DNA of 64,000 bases from an uncultured Armatimonadetes bacterium (GCA_963717145.1 OY970325.1:4736001-4800000); one strand, 5' to 3'; numbered from the stretch's first letter, positions 27,216 through 37,828 are shown. Numbers and translations: made by a program. Notes: generated by a model not told the origin, from the letters alone.

Positions 27216-30038
27216 ATGCGTTTGATACTTATGCTCGCATTGTTCGGCCTGTGTGCCGGCCGCGCACTCACGGAGACCACCATAGTGAACCCACTCATCA
27301 CGATCCCCAGGACATCGTCCGCGCCGACCGTCGACGGCAAGCTGTCGGAAGGCGAGTGGACCTCGGCCGCCTTCATCCCGTACTTCGTCACCGTGGGCGG
27401 CGAAGCGCCCGATCAGGCGACGACGGCCCGCATCTGTTACACCGACCGCGCGATCTACATGTCGATCGTCTGCCATGAAGACCTGATGTCGAAGCTCGTG
27501 GCGGAGGAGGAGGAGCACGACGGCATCGTCTGGCGCGATGACTGCGTCGAGTTGTTCATCCAGCCCGGCAGCGACCTCCCGTACTACCACATCGCGATCA
27601 ATGCCCTCGGGACGACCTACGATGCGTCTTACGCGAAGGTGCTTGAGCCGGACACTTCATGGAATCCGGCGCTCAAAGTCGCAGCTTCGAAGCGCGCGGA
27701 TTCATGGTTCGTCGAGATCGAGATGCCGATCAGCGCCTTCGGCATAGAATCCGTCAAGGCGGGGGACGCATGGCGACTGAACATCTGTCGGGAGAGGAAG
27801 CCGTGGGTCGAGAACAGCTCGTGGTCGCCGCTGCTCTTTGGCGAGAGCACATTCCGCGATCCCGAGCGCTTCGGGACGATGGTCTTCGGCGATGAATCCG
27901 TTCCCCTGGTCGATGTGACTCAGTTCCTGGGCCTGCCAAATGGGATCATCAGGCGATCGGGCCAGGTGCGCAATCCCTCGGGTCAACCCGTCAACATATC
28001 GCTCAACACGCTGATCGTGGGGGGAAAGAGCAAACCGATCGCTCGCCCCATGACTATCGACGCCGAAGAGCCGCTGGCGTTCGACCTCGTGGACAGCATT
28101 GCCGATGAGGGCGCGCTCACCGCCGTTCTCGAATGCTCGGTCGCGGGCAAGACGGTCTACCGCGCGGTGCGACCGTTCTACGTGCCCCCGGTCAGGTCGC
28201 GGCTCCGGGAACTGACCGCCAGACTCGAGTCGGTCGAGGCATCAGTCGCCGGCGTGCCGGAGGACTCGGCGTTGGCGCACTCGGTCCGGTCTCTCAGAGC
28301 CGAGGTCGACCTGGTCGCGAGTGGAATCGCTACGGCATATCAGCACGCGCCTGAGCGGGTGGGGCAGATGATGCGAACGCTCGCGGAGATCGAACGCGGC
28401 ATTCTCGCCGCGCGGGTGGCGTTTGAGATGGACCCCAAGGGCGGTCAGTCGCCGGCGTTTGTCGTATGGGCGACCGATCCCTGGGTGCAGTTGAAGCCCG
28501 GCGACCTCCCTCCGCAGGGTCGGCTTCCGGGTGAGACTTGGGCGATCGCATACCGGGGCGAGAGGGCCTACGCCGCCGTGAACGTCACCAATCTGAGCGG
28601 GCGCACCCTGGACCTCCGCATTGTCCCCGGCCCGTTCGCGAGAAAAGGCGGAGGGATCCCGCCGGGCCAGGTCGAGCTTCACACCTGTGCATTTGTGCCC
28701 GAGGAAGCCGGATCGAGCGATCTCATCGGCGACGCGCTTCCTCTGTCCGACAGTGCGGGCAGGGAGGTTGTCCCGCCCGGCGAGACGCGACAGGCGTTCG
28801 TCGTCATCCGAACCGAGGGCCTGCAGGCCGGGGACTACTCGGGCTCGGTCAAGGTTGGTCCGACGAACGGTGGCTCGGCCCAGGAGGTCGCCCTCCACGT
28901 CAAGGTCTATCCGCTCGACCTGCCCGATGAGCCGAAGCCCTGGATATGCACGTGGGGCGGCCTGCTCAACATGCCGTGGACCAGGCCCAGTAGCCGCGCC
29001 TACTTCGAGGATGCGCTCGATCGCGGGGTCAACGTATTCCTGATGAACCCGGCCTCGGTTGCGCCGAAGCTCGATAGAAACGGAAACTTCAAGTCGATCG
29101 ACTACTCGGACCTCGACCGTCAGTTCCGCGAGCATGAGGGGATTTCGTTGGCGATCGGCGCATACAATATCTCCATCCAGTACTCCGACTGGGCGAAGGA
29201 CGCCGGCATCGCGTACATGAGCGATGCCTACCGGAAGGGGTTCATCGCCTGGATCCGCGACTGGGTACGTCACCTCAAGAGCCTTGGTCTCTCGTATGAC
29301 GACTATGCCTTCGAGCTGGTCGATGAGCCGGCGCCGGATGAGAAGCTTCAGATGCACATCGATACCGGCAGATTGATGCGCGAGGCCGACCCGAAGGCCC
29401 GCATCGTTACTACCACCAACTTCATCGAGCCGGACAAGCTCGAACGGATCAGCCCTTACGTCGATATCTGGGTCCCTCAGAGCAGGGTACTGGAGGATGC
29501 CGCCGCGCGGGAGTTCATGAAGCGGACCGGCAAGGAGATGTGGATGTACGTCTGTGCGGGCGACTCGAAGCGCCTCAGTCCGATCGCATACTATCGGGTC
29601 CTCCCCTGGCAGGCATTTCGATATGACCTCCAGGGCTGGGGATTCTTCGCCCATATGTGGCCGGGTGAGGACCCGTGGGAGTCGACCAACATGCGAGGCA
29701 AGTATCTCGGTACCTATTCGACCATCTACCCCGGCGTGAATGGCCCGGTAACGTCGCGCCGGTGGGAATGCTATTTCAAAGGCCATGAGGACTTCCGCGC
29801 GCTCCATCTGCTCAAGTCGCTCGTCGCGCGCGCAGAGAAGGCGGGGCTCAGTGTATCCGAGGCCCGCTCCGTCCTGAAAGAAGCCGTGAATGGGAGCGCG
29901 GGCCTGCAGGAGATGACGAAGAACAACCGGACCGCCGCCGAGGAGTCCGCATTTCTGACCGACATCCGCCGCAAAGTCGCGGAGGCGAGCATCAAGCTAT
30001 CGAGTGCTTTGTCTAGTAAGCAAGACCGTCAGTCCTGA
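27216..30038 (+). CDS. Secreted carbohydrate-active protein: CBM9/DOMON-like sugar-binding domain + glycoside hydrolase-like catalytic domain
   Basis: Signal peptide; APTVDGKLSEGEW, DDCVELFI, W.VEIEMP, WRLNICR (CBM9-like); DEP motif, DIWVP, MWMY.C, YPG..GPVTSRRWE in the C-terminal barrel. Confidence 0.75.
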   Translation: MRLILMLALFGLCAGRALTETTIVNPLITIPRTSSAPTVDGKLSEGEWTSAAFIPYFVTVGGEAPDQATTARICYTDRAIYMSIVCHEDLMSKLVAEEEEHDGIVWRDDCVELFIQPGSDLPYYHIAINALGTTYDASYAKVLEPDTSWNPALKVAASKRADSWFVEIEMPISAFGIESVKAGDAWRLNICRERKPWVENSSWSPLLFGESTFRDPERFGTMVFGDESVPLVDVTQFLGLPNGIIRRSGQVRNPSGQPVNISLNTLIVGGKSKPIARPMTIDAEEPLAFDLVDSIADEGALTAVLECSVAGKTVYRAVRPFYVPPVRSRLRELTARLESVEASVAGVPEDSALAHSVRSLRAEVDLVASGIATAYQHAPERVGQMMRTLAEIERGILAARVAFEMDPKGGQSPAFVVWATDPWVQLKPGDLPPQGRLPGETWAIAYRGERAYAAVNVTNLSGRTLDLRIVPGPFARKGGGIPPGQVELHTCAFVPEEAGSSDLIGDALPLSDSAGREVVPPGETRQAFVVIRTEGLQAGDYSGSVKVGPTNGGSAQEVALHVKVYPLDLPDEPKPWICTWGGLLNMPWTRPSSRAYFEDALDRGVNVFLMNPASVAPKLDRNGNFKSIDYSDLDRQFREHEGISLAIGAYNISIQYSDWAKDAGIAYMSDAYRKGFIAWIRDWVRHLKSLGLSYDDYAFELVDEPAPDEKLQMHIDTGRLMREADPKARIVTTTNFIEPDKLERISPYVDIWVPQSRVLEDAAAREFMKRTGKEMWMYVCAGDSKRLSPIAYYRVLPWQAFRYDLQGWGFFAHMWPGEDPWESTNMRGKYLGTYSTIYPGVNGPVTSRRWECYFKGHEDFRALHLLKSLVARAEKAGLSVSEARSVLKEAVNGSAGLQEMTKNNRTAAEESAFLTDIRRKVAEASIKLSSALSSKQDRQS

Positions 30039-30134
30039 GTTCGCCGGTGAATGACGGCGCGTAACGAAGGACGGGTCATTGCACGCAAGGCCGTCCTTCG
30101 TTACGCGCCGTCATTCACCGGCGAACTCAGGACT
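30031..30134. repeat. 44-bp perfect inverted repeat with 16-nt loop (MITE/REPIN-like)
   Basis: AGTCCTGAGTTCGCCGGTGAATGACGGCGCGTAACGAAGGACGG at 30031-30074 and its exact reverse complement at 30091-30134; contains the upstream TGA stop. Confidence 0.92.
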
Positions 30135-30153
30135 AGCGGTTGGAGGTGTGCCA

Positions 30154-31242
30154 ATGAACGCGCGGGAACGATTCCTGAAAGTATGCAAGTTCGAGCCCGT
30201 CGATCATCCGCCCTACTGGGACTGCCTGGGGTTTTGGGGGCCAACGATCGAGCGCTGGCGGCGCGAGGGCCTTCCGCCGGATGTTCCACCGGAGGAGCAT
30301 TTCGGGATGGACATGTGGCACATGCTGCGCGTCGATTCCGGGATCACCCATGTCCCCTACCGACCTCCCTTCGAGCACAAGATCATCGAGGAGGACGAGC
30401 GAACGGTTACCTACCGAGATGGATGCGGCATCACCAAGCGTGACAGGAAAGACCGGCCGGAGCTGTCGATGTCGCAGTTCCTCGACTTCCCGGTCAAGTG
30501 CCGCAAGGACTGGGAGGATCTCAAATGGCGGCTCGACCCATCCGATCCGGGCCGATACCCCAATTGGGAGGAGACCCGGGAGCAGTTCGCCCACCGCACG
30601 ATGCCCCTCAGTCTGTACATATGCGGCGGTTACGGTTGGCCGAGGAACTTCTTCGGCGAGGAGCATCTCGCGTACATGTACTACGACGATCCGGGTCTGA
30701 TGCACGACATCATGCGGCACTGGATGGAGTTCTACAAGGGCATCTGCGATGCCACGCTTCCGAACATCGACCTCGATTTCATCTACATCTGGGAGGACAT
30801 GGCGTTCAAGAACGGCCCACTGATCGGCCCGAACCTGTTCAGGGAGTTCATGCTCCCCTACTACAAGGAGGTCGTCGGCTGCATGCGGGGACACGGCGTC
30901 GAAAACATAGTGGTGGACTCGGACGGCGACAACCGCCCGATCTTCGACCTGTTCATCGAGGCCGGGGTGAACGTCTTTCTCCCGCTCGAGATCGCGGCGA
31001 ACATGGAGCCGGTCGAGATCAGGGAGAAGTATGGCCGGAAGCTCGTTCTCTGGGGCGGAATCGACAAGCGTGTGCTCTCGAAGGACAAGGCGGCGATCGA
31101 GCACGAACTGATGCGCAAGGTCCCGCAGATGATCGACTCCGGCGGATTCATCCCCGCGATCGATCACTCCGTTCCGCCGGACGTCCCGTTCGAGAACTAT
31201 GTGTTCTATACGAAGCTTCTTCATGAGCTGGTGCAGAGGTAG
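30154..31242 (+). CDS. Uroporphyrinogen decarboxylase (URO-D/MtaA-CmuA) family protein
   Basis: MNARERF start, WEDMAFKNGPLI.P..FREF..PYYK, DSDG, WGGIDK, GGFIP..DHSVPPDVP.ENY. Confidence 0.85.
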   Translation: MNARERFLKVCKFEPVDHPPYWDCLGFWGPTIERWRREGLPPDVPPEEHFGMDMWHMLRVDSGITHVPYRPPFEHKIIEEDERTVTYRDGCGITKRDRKDRPELSMSQFLDFPVKCRKDWEDLKWRLDPSDPGRYPNWEETREQFAHRTMPLSLYICGGYGWPRNFFGEEHLAYMYYDDPGLMHDIMRHWMEFYKGICDATLPNIDLDFIYIWEDMAFKNGPLIGPNLFREFMLPYYKEVVGCMRGHGVENIVVDSDGDNRPIFDLFIEAGVNVFLPLEIAANMEPVEIREKYGRKLVLWGGIDKRVLSKDKAAIEHELMRKVPQMIDSGGFIPAIDHSVPPDVPFENYVFYTKLLHELVQR

Positions 31243-31248
31243 GCTCTC

Positions 31249-32985
31249 ATGTCAGTTGTAGGAAAGGGAGCAACAGTAGTGGCGGACTCTGCAGATATTG
31301 GGCACACGCGCGTTCGTGATCTCCAGGCGATCGGTATCATCGCGGCTGTCTGGATCGCAATGGTGATTATCACAGATCCGATCGGCGAGTTTCCGCTGAA
31401 TGATGACTGGTGCTATGCGGTATCTGTCCGGTCGCTCGTCCAGGAAGGAGCATTTCGCCTCGTCTCCATAGTTACGATGACTCTTGTGACGCAGGTGTTC
31501 TGGGGCGCCTTATTCTGCCTGCCGTTCGGTTTTTCCCACAACGCGTTGAGATTCTCCGGACTGGCCGCCGGCTTCCTTGGGTTGATTGGTACCTATCTTC
31601 TCCTGAAAGAGCTTGGCGCCAGCCAACGAATCGCTCTCATAGGCGCCCTTTTGGTTGCCGTCAACCCGATTTACTTTGGCCTCTCGAATACCTTTATGAC
31701 CGACGTGCCGTTCTACACGCTTGCGGTCTTCGCCATCTATGCGGCCGTCCGCGCCCTGAACCGCTTATCAAGCACGTACTACGCGGCGAGCATAGTGCTG
31801 GCGGTCCTTGCGATCCTGCTCAGGCAATCAGGCCTGGCGCTTCCTATCGCATTCGGCGCCGCGTATCTTGTCAAGGACGGCCTACGTCTTCGCGCAGTCG
31901 TGAAAGCCGGACTGCCGCTGGTTCTTGGAGCAGGTGCTCTGATAGCATACCAGTCCTGGCTGAACTCGCGGGGCAATCTCTCGGAGACTTTTGGGCTTCA
32001 AGTAGGGATGGCACCCAAGTTTCTCGATTACGGACCTGGTCCGATGGCACTTGCGGTATATACAGTCAGCCTGACGGGGCTAGTCTATCTGGGCCTCTTC
32101 CTTTTTCCCCTGTTAGTTCCAGCGTTTCTCAGCCGCTGGAAGTCCCATCCTTCTGTGCCGAGAGCCATCGGTCTTGCGGTCTTGACGTTCACGATCTATA
32201 TGCTGGGTCGCACGTTTGGCTGGATGGGAGGCATGCCACTTAGTCTTCATATCGGGGATATCATGACTCCGTTCGGGATGGGGCCGATGACGCTAAGCGA
32301 TGTTGTCGTCATGAAGCTGTTCAGCTTTACGCCTCTCCCCCAGGCATTCTGGTCATCGGTCACACTCGTATCCGTTACCGGCGCGGGCCTGCTGGTGCTT
32401 GAGGTTGGTTCAGCTGCGGTGGTGTGTCTTCGAAGGTGCCGGGGCAGCTGCAATCCGGCGAGACCGCTGCAGGCTATGATGCTTACAGGCGCTCTCGCAT
32501 CACTCGTACCTATAACCGTGCTGTTTTATTTCGCTTACTTTGACCGTTATTTCCTGGCATTGATTCCGTTTCTCGTCGGTTCAGTTGTGCTGGCCGGACG
32601 ACCCTTGATCACAAGAACGCGGATGGTCGTTATTGTTATTGTGCTCCTGCTCGGAGCCGTCTTCAGTGTCTGTGCGACGCACGACTACCTGGCGTGGAAT
32701 AGGATGCGGTGGGCCGCCCTCAACCATCTGACCATCGACAAGCGTATCCCAGCCTCCAAGATCGACGGAGGTTATGAATTTAATGGCTTATACAATTACG
32801 AGTCCAGGATGGAGCAGGGCATGTGGCATGAGATTGTCGAGGATTACGCGGTGACTTTTGCGCCGATTGATGGTTACGAGATTGTGGAACAACGCTTCTC
32901 ACGACGCTGGATGCCCTATGGACCGCAGTGTATCTATGTGCTTAAGGCGTGGGAATACTCGCCAGAATCCCAAACTACCCACTGA
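31249..32985 (+). CDS. GT-C fold membrane glycosyltransferase (ArnT/PMT_2, GT39-like)
   Basis: PLNDDW.Y acidic motif after TM1, FMTDVP, RQ motif, more than 10 TMs. Confidence 0.75.
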   Translation: MSVVGKGATVVADSADIGHTRVRDLQAIGIIAAVWIAMVIITDPIGEFPLNDDWCYAVSVRSLVQEGAFRLVSIVTMTLVTQVFWGALFCLPFGFSHNALRFSGLAAGFLGLIGTYLLLKELGASQRIALIGALLVAVNPIYFGLSNTFMTDVPFYTLAVFAIYAAVRALNRLSSTYYAASIVLAVLAILLRQSGLALPIAFGAAYLVKDGLRLRAVVKAGLPLVLGAGALIAYQSWLNSRGNLSETFGLQVGMAPKFLDYGPGPMALAVYTVSLTGLVYLGLFLFPLLVPAFLSRWKSHPSVPRAIGLAVLTFTIYMLGRTFGWMGGMPLSLHIGDIMTPFGMGPMTLSDVVVMKLFSFTPLPQAFWSSVTLVSVTGAGLLVLEVGSAAVVCLRRCRGSCNPARPLQAMMLTGALASLVPITVLFYFAYFDRYFLALIPFLVGSVVLAGRPLITRTRMVVIVIVLLLGAVFSVCATHDYLAWNRMRWAALNHLTIDKRIPASKIDGGYEFNGLYNYESRMEQGMWHEIVEDYAVTFAPIDGYEIVEQRFSRRWMPYGPQCIYVLKAWEYSPESQTTH

Positions 32986-35515
32986 CCTCTTTCGTCGCCT
33001 TTGCGAGGTCGAGGCGGCTGAGGTAGCGGATTCCGGGGACCTGGGAGATCAGGACCGCCGCGAGGATTCCGACGATCGTCCATGCATAGGTCTTCGGCAG
33101 GATGTGCGTCTGCATGTGGAACGACTCGCTGACGTAAAGCTTCACGAACTTGTCGGCGAGCCAGTTTCCGAGCGGAAGTCCGATGATTGTGCCGACGATC
33201 CACGTGCTGAGGTTCTCGATCGTTACCATCAGCGCCACCCGCCGGCCGCTCACTCCGAGCGCGCGCATCGAGGCGATCTCCCTCGTCCGCTCCAGGATGT
33301 TCATCGTCGTGGCGTTGAACACGATGATGATCGCCAGCGCCATCGCAAACCCGAGCATGACGTTGACGAAGGTCGTGAACCCCTTGATCATCTCCTCGAC
33401 CTGCTGCCTGGTGTCCGTCATGTTGATCACGGCGACCACTCCGGGGATGTCGTACAACTGATCGGCGACCCAGTCCGCGTGCCGGATGTCCGTCCGCACC
33501 ATGATCCCGCTGATCGCGTTCGGCGGAAGCTCCATCGGTCGCCCGTAGATGCGCCGCACCTCGTCGATGTTCATGATCGTGGCGTTCCCGATCGGCTGGA
33601 AGAGCGTCCGGACGATTGGGACCTGCTCCTCCATCTCGACCTCCTGCAGGCTCCGGCTCAGGGCGACGACCTCCTTCCGGAAGCGCGCGGGCGGGCGTGG
33701 AAGCACCGCCCCTACGGAGTCCGAGGGCCCGTAGGGGAGGACTTCAACGGCCTCCCGCTCCGTCGGGGATATGTCCGCCAACTCCGGGATCGTGTTCTCC
33801 GGGAGCGTGAGCGTGACCCGGCGGCCCATCGAGAGGCCGAGCGCCTGGATTGTCGGCGTTCCCATCGCGATCCCCTTTCTGGGCACGGAGAACGTGCTGC
33901 CGTCCGGAGCGGTCAGGCTCAACAGGCGGCAGTCGAGCGGGATGCCGTAGATGACGGTCGTCTTCTCCAAGCCGCCGTTCACGAGCTTGACCGGCACCTC
34001 CATGATCGGCTCGGCGCGCTCGACGCCCTTCCAGGTCCGCACCTGGCCGATGACGGACTCGGTCTGTGGGTGAAGGAATCGCGCGAAGACGTCGTACCGC
34101 TGGACCTTGTCGAAGTAGAAGAGCACCGAGTACTGCGACGAGTCGATCAGCCCCGATGAGACGAGGATCAGCGTGATGGCGGAGGCAATTCCGGCGATCG
34201 TGGAGAACGTCCGCTTCGGATTGCGGAACAGGTTGCGGAATGGCAGCCGCCAGGTGTAGGTCAGCTTCCCAATCATCGGGAGCGCCCGCTCGACCATCGG
34301 CACGCGGTGACCGCTCGGGACGTCGGTGCGGATCGCTTCGGCGGGGGTGAGCTTCGCCGCTGAGAAGGCGGGGAGCATCCCTGCGACGAGCGTGACGACG
34401 AGCGCGATCCCGACTCCGAGCGCCATCGGCCCGGGACGCGGATGCATGTCGTAGAATGGCACGTTCACCATCCGCGTATACAGCATCGTGATGTAGATGC
34501 CCATGCGGTACCCCAGGAGACTTCCGATCACCGAGCCCAGGATGCCGATCAGCACCGCGAACCCCATGTAGTGGTGCAGCACGGCGGCCCGGCTGTATCC
34601 GACCGCCCGCATGAACCCGATCTGCGGGCGCTGAGCATAGACCATCCGGCTGAGCAGGTTGTAGACGCTCAACGAGGCGATGCTCAGGAAGAGGATCGGG
34701 AAGAAGATGGCAAGGCTCTTCAGGGCGATGAGGTCCATGTTGAGCATCTCGTAGCCTGCCTGCTTCTCCATCGGAAGCGGATCGTCCGCGCCGTATGACC
34801 TGAGCACCTGGTGGACGGCCTGCATGACGGCCTCCCTCCGGACGCCCGGCCGGATCGTCACCTGCACCTGGTTGATCGCGCCGGATGTGCCGAACAGCCG
34901 ATCGACCATCTCTTTGCGCATGAACATCACGCCGAAGTGCTTCGGGCTGGGCATCGGCTGGTCGCGGCTTCTGAGGACCACGATGTATTCCGGCGACTTG
35001 ATGATCCCTGCGATCCGGAACCTGATCTCATCGCCGCCGACGACCGGGTACATGAAGTCGCCCGGCTCGTAGTTGTTCCGCCTTGCGAACCCGGATTCGA
35101 GGAGCAGCTCGCGCTTGTTTCCGGCGGAGGGCATCTTACCTCGAATGATCTGAAGTTGGTTCACCGCCGGGAGACTCTTGTCGGGGATCGAGATGATCCG
35201 CCCGCTCACGCGCTTGGGCACTATATTCTTCTGCTCGGCTTCGAGGTCTTCGATCAGTCGCCCCTCGGCCTGCATGACTCCCGGGATGCGGAGGACCCGA
35301 TCGACGACCTGCTCCGGCGCGGACTGGGTATCGATGGTGAAGTCCGCCATGTGGAGCTTCCGGTACGACAGGTTGTACGACCTGTCGAGGTTCAGATAGG
35401 CGAGATATGTGGCGTCGAAGAGCGCGATCCCGGCTGCGACCATCAGCACGACGCCGATGAACAGCCAGGGCGAGAATCGTATGTCACGGATCAGTTTGAG
35501 GTTGATCTTCAGCAT
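32975..35515 (-). CDS. FtsX/MacB-like ABC exporter permease (two FtsX domains)
   Basis: QRPQIGFMRAVGYS and ERTREIASMRALG; two periplasmic domains; REP-derived insert near 33689-33756. Confidence 0.9.
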   Translation of the reverse strand: MLKINLKLIRDIRFSPWLFIGVVLMVAAGIALFDATYLAYLNLDRSYNLSYRKLHMADFTIDTQSAPEQVVDRVLRIPGVMQAEGRLIEDLEAEQKNIVPKRVSGRIISIPDKSLPAVNQLQIIRGKMPSAGNKRELLLESGFARRNNYEPGDFMYPVVGGDEIRFRIAGIIKSPEYIVVLRSRDQPMPSPKHFGVMFMRKEMVDRLFGTSGAINQVQVTIRPGVRREAVMQAVHQVLRSYGADDPLPMEKQAGYEMLNMDLIALKSLAIFFPILFLSIASLSVYNLLSRMVYAQRPQIGFMRAVGYSRAAVLHHYMGFAVLIGILGSVIGSLLGYRMGIYITMLYTRMVNVPFYDMHPRPGPMALGVGIALVVTLVAGMLPAFSAAKLTPAEAIRTDVPSGHRVPMVERALPMIGKLTYTWRLPFRNLFRNPKRTFSTIAGIASAITLILVSSGLIDSSQYSVLFYFDKVQRYDVFARFLHPQTESVIGQVRTWKGVERAEPIMEVPVKLVNGGLEKTTVIYGIPLDCRLLSLTAPDGSTFSVPRKGIAMGTPTIQALGLSMGRRVTLTLPENTIPELADISPTEREAVEVLPYGPSDSVGAVLPRPPARFRKEVVALSRSLQEVEMEEQVPIVRTLFQPIGNATIMNIDEVRRIYGRPMELPPNAISGIMVRTDIRHADWVADQLYDIPGVVAVINMTDTRQQVEEMIKGFTTFVNVMLGFAMALAIIIVFNATTMNILERTREIASMRALGVSGRRVALMVTIENLSTWIVGTIIGLPLGNWLADKFVKLYVSESFHMQTHILPKTYAWTIVGILAAVLISQVPGIRYLSRLDLAKATKEVSG
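33689..33756. repeat. Two back-to-back GTAG REP units in frame inside the permease
   Basis: 33731-33756 GTAGGGGAGGACTTCAACGGCCTCCC (25/26 identical to family B); minus strand 33715-33689 GTAGGGGCGGTGCTTCCACGCCCGCCC. Confidence 0.85.
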
Positions 35516-35538
35516 CTGAGTCGAAAGCACCGCAATGT

Positions 35539-35608
35539 GTAGGGAACGGTCGCCGTCCCGTTCCGCCGGTGAACGCTATCACGGAACGGGACGGCGACCG
35601 TTCCCTAC
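35539..35608. repeat. GTAG-type REP doublet family C (GTAGGGAACGGTCGCCGTCCCGTTCCG)
   Basis: 27-bp perfect inverted arms 35539-35565 and 35582-35608; supplies the TAG stop of the ATPase gene. Confidence 0.9.
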
Positions 35609-36315
35609 CATCTCAAGCTCTCCGGGTCGAGCGGCTCGGCGTTCTCCTCGACGGAGACGACCTCGCCGCTACGGAGGCGCACAGTCCGGTCCGCAAGCTC
35701 ACCGATCGCCGAGTTGTGCGTCACCAAGACGATCGTGATATCCCTCGCCCGGTTCACGTTCCGCATCAGCTTCAGGATCAGTTTCGCAGTCTCGTAGTCG
35801 AGGTTTCCGGTCGGCTCGTCGGCCAGGAGCAGTGTGGGATTCTTCACGAGCGCGCGGGCGATCGCGACCCTCTGCTGTTCGCCGCCCGACAGCTCGGACG
35901 GGAAGTGGTCAGCTCGCTCACCGAGGCCGACCTCGGCCAGCACCTCCATCACATCAGCCGGGCTGTCGACCAACTCGGCGACGAACTCGACGTTCTCGCG
36001 CGCGGTGAGCGTCGAGATGAGGTTGAAGAACTGGAAGACGAATCCGACGCTTCTGCGGCGGTACTCGGTGATCTCAGCCTCGGCCATGTGGGTGATGTCT
36101 CGGCCATCGAAGTAGATCTTGCCGGACGTGGGGCGGTCGATCCCGCCGATGAGGTTGAGCAGCGTCGTCTTACCCGAGCCGCTCGGGCCGAGCATCACGA
36201 GGAACTCGCCCGGCCTGATCGCGAGGTCCGTCGGCTTGAGCGCGGGCACGGTGACCTCGCCCATGAGGTAGGTCTTCTCCGCTCCCTCCAGGCGTATCAG
36301 ATCAGCGGGATTCAC
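35605..36315 (-). CDS. ABC transporter ATP-binding protein (LolD/MacB-like)
   Basis: [34 protein letters not shown]. Confidence 0.95.
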   Translation of the reverse strand: MNPADLIRLEGAEKTYLMGEVTVPALKPTDLAIRPGEFLVMLGPSGSGKTTLLNLIGGIDRPTSGKIYFDGRDITHMAEAEITEYRRRSVGFVFQFFNLISTLTARENVEFVAELVDSPADVMEVLAEVGLGERADHFPSELSGGEQQRVAIARALVKNPTLLLADEPTGNLDYETAKLILKLMRNVNRARDITIVLVTHNSAIGELADRTVRLRSGEVVSVEENAEPLDPESLRW

Positions 36316-37729
36316 CGGTCGCCCTCACGATCTTGACCCGCATGCCGTCCTCCATGCGGTCGGGCATCGAGACGGCGACGACATCCCTGGGCTCGAGTCC
36401 GCTCAGCACGGCGGTCTGCTCGTAGTTCGATGGGCCGGTTGTGATGAACTGGTGATGCACCCGCCCGCCGCGGATGAGGTAGACCTGCTGCCGGTCGCCG
36501 ACCTGGATGAGCGCCTCGTTCGGCACGAGGACCAGATCGCTCCCGATCTTCTTCCGTCCGGTGATATCGACCTCCATGCCCGGTTTGAGCGGGAATGAGC
36601 TGGACTCCACCTCGATCTTCGCGCGCACGATCTTGGCGCGGACTCGGCCGACCGCCTTCGGTTCGGCGATCGGCGACACCTGGATGATCCGTCCCTTCGC
36701 GGACCGGCCCGGATACGCGTCGGTCGTGATCCCGACCTTCTGGGCCATGTCGAGGGATGCCAGGTCCTCCTGGTCGACCTCGGCGGTCACCCACGTCTTC
36801 TGGATCGGCGACAGCGTGAAGATCGGGTTCTGCGGGCCGGCGACCTCTCCGACCTCCATGTGCTTCCGCGCAACGACGCCGTTGAACGGGCTGCGGACGA
36901 CGGCGTAATCGAGTTGAGACTGAGCGGCCCGGAGTCCGGCGGCGGCCCGAGCGACCTGCGCCGACGCGGTGTCCGCCTGACGTTCGGTTACCCGCACGCC
37001 ATCCTTCGATGCGAGCGCTTCATTCACAGCGGCCTTCGATTCGGCCAACTGCGCCTTCGCGGCCCTGACGGCGTCGGGTCGGGCGCCTTCTCTGAGGAGT
37101 GCGAGCTGTGCCTGAGCGGTCCGGTACGCGGCGGTGGCGGAATCCGATGTCGCCTTCGCGGCGTCGCGCTGCTGAGCCGGGATCGCGCCCTTTGCGAGCA
37201 ACTTCTCGGCGCGTTCGAGGTCGGATCTGGCGCGTTCCATCTGGGCGCGTGCCTGCTCGGCGTTCTGCTCAGCCTGCTCGATCTCCTGCGATCGCGCGCC
37301 GCTCTGCAGGTTGGCGAGTTGAGCCTCCGAAGCGCTCACTCCGGCCTCGGCTCTCTTGATCGATGCGGCGCTCTGCTTGCGTTGAGCCGTGACAGAGGCC
37401 TGCGCGCGTGAGAAGTCGGCCTCGGACGCCGATACGGCGGCTCGGGCCTCGTCGACCTGCGAGCTGAGGTTGGCGTTGTCCAGGAGTGCGATCGTCTGGC
37501 CGGCGGATACCATGTCGCCCTCCCGGACGGTCAGCGACTTGATCCGGCCGACCATCCTCGGTGCGAGGTCCACGAGGTCGGCCTCGACGACGCCGGTCGT
37601 CGAAAGCTCCGTCTCGAGGTTGGCGCGGGTGACCTCGGCGACCTCCACCTTCGGCAGCCTTGGCATCAGAAGGTAAGTGACCGCGCCAATGACCAATATG
37701 ATTGCTATCCAGGTTTTCGGGTTGCGCAT
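36302..37729 (-). CDS. Efflux RND/MFP periplasmic adaptor subunit (HlyD/MacA-like)
   Basis: N-terminal TM, lipoyl halves (VREGD.V.AGQ; VRSPFNGVV), long coiled coil, LKPGM.V. Confidence 0.92.
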   Translation of the reverse strand: MRNPKTWIAIILVIGAVTYLLMPRLPKVEVAEVTRANLETELSTTGVVEADLVDLAPRMVGRIKSLTVREGDMVSAGQTIALLDNANLSSQVDEARAAVSASEADFSRAQASVTAQRKQSAASIKRAEAGVSASEAQLANLQSGARSQEIEQAEQNAEQARAQMERARSDLERAEKLLAKGAIPAQQRDAAKATSDSATAAYRTAQAQLALLREGARPDAVRAAKAQLAESKAAVNEALASKDGVRVTERQADTASAQVARAAAGLRAAQSQLDYAVVRSPFNGVVARKHMEVGEVAGPQNPIFTLSPIQKTWVTAEVDQEDLASLDMAQKVGITTDAYPGRSAKGRIIQVSPIAEPKAVGRVRAKIVRAKIEVESSSFPLKPGMEVDITGRKKIGSDLVLVPNEALIQVGDRQQVYLIRGGRVHHQFITTGPSNYEQTAVLSGLEPRDVVAVSMPDRMEDGMRVKIVRATGESR

Positions 37730-37739
37730 ATTCAGTCTC

Positions 37740-37828
37740 TCGTAGTGGCCGTGCCTCCGTGCCGGCCTTCCGGGTCAGGCGAGTAAGGTCGGAAAGGGAA
37801 GGCCGGCACGGAGGCACGGCCACTACGA
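37740..37828. repeat. Family A REP doublet
   Basis: 32-bp inverted arms 37740-37771 and 37797-37828; supplies the TAG stop (37823-37825) of the permease. Confidence 0.92.
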
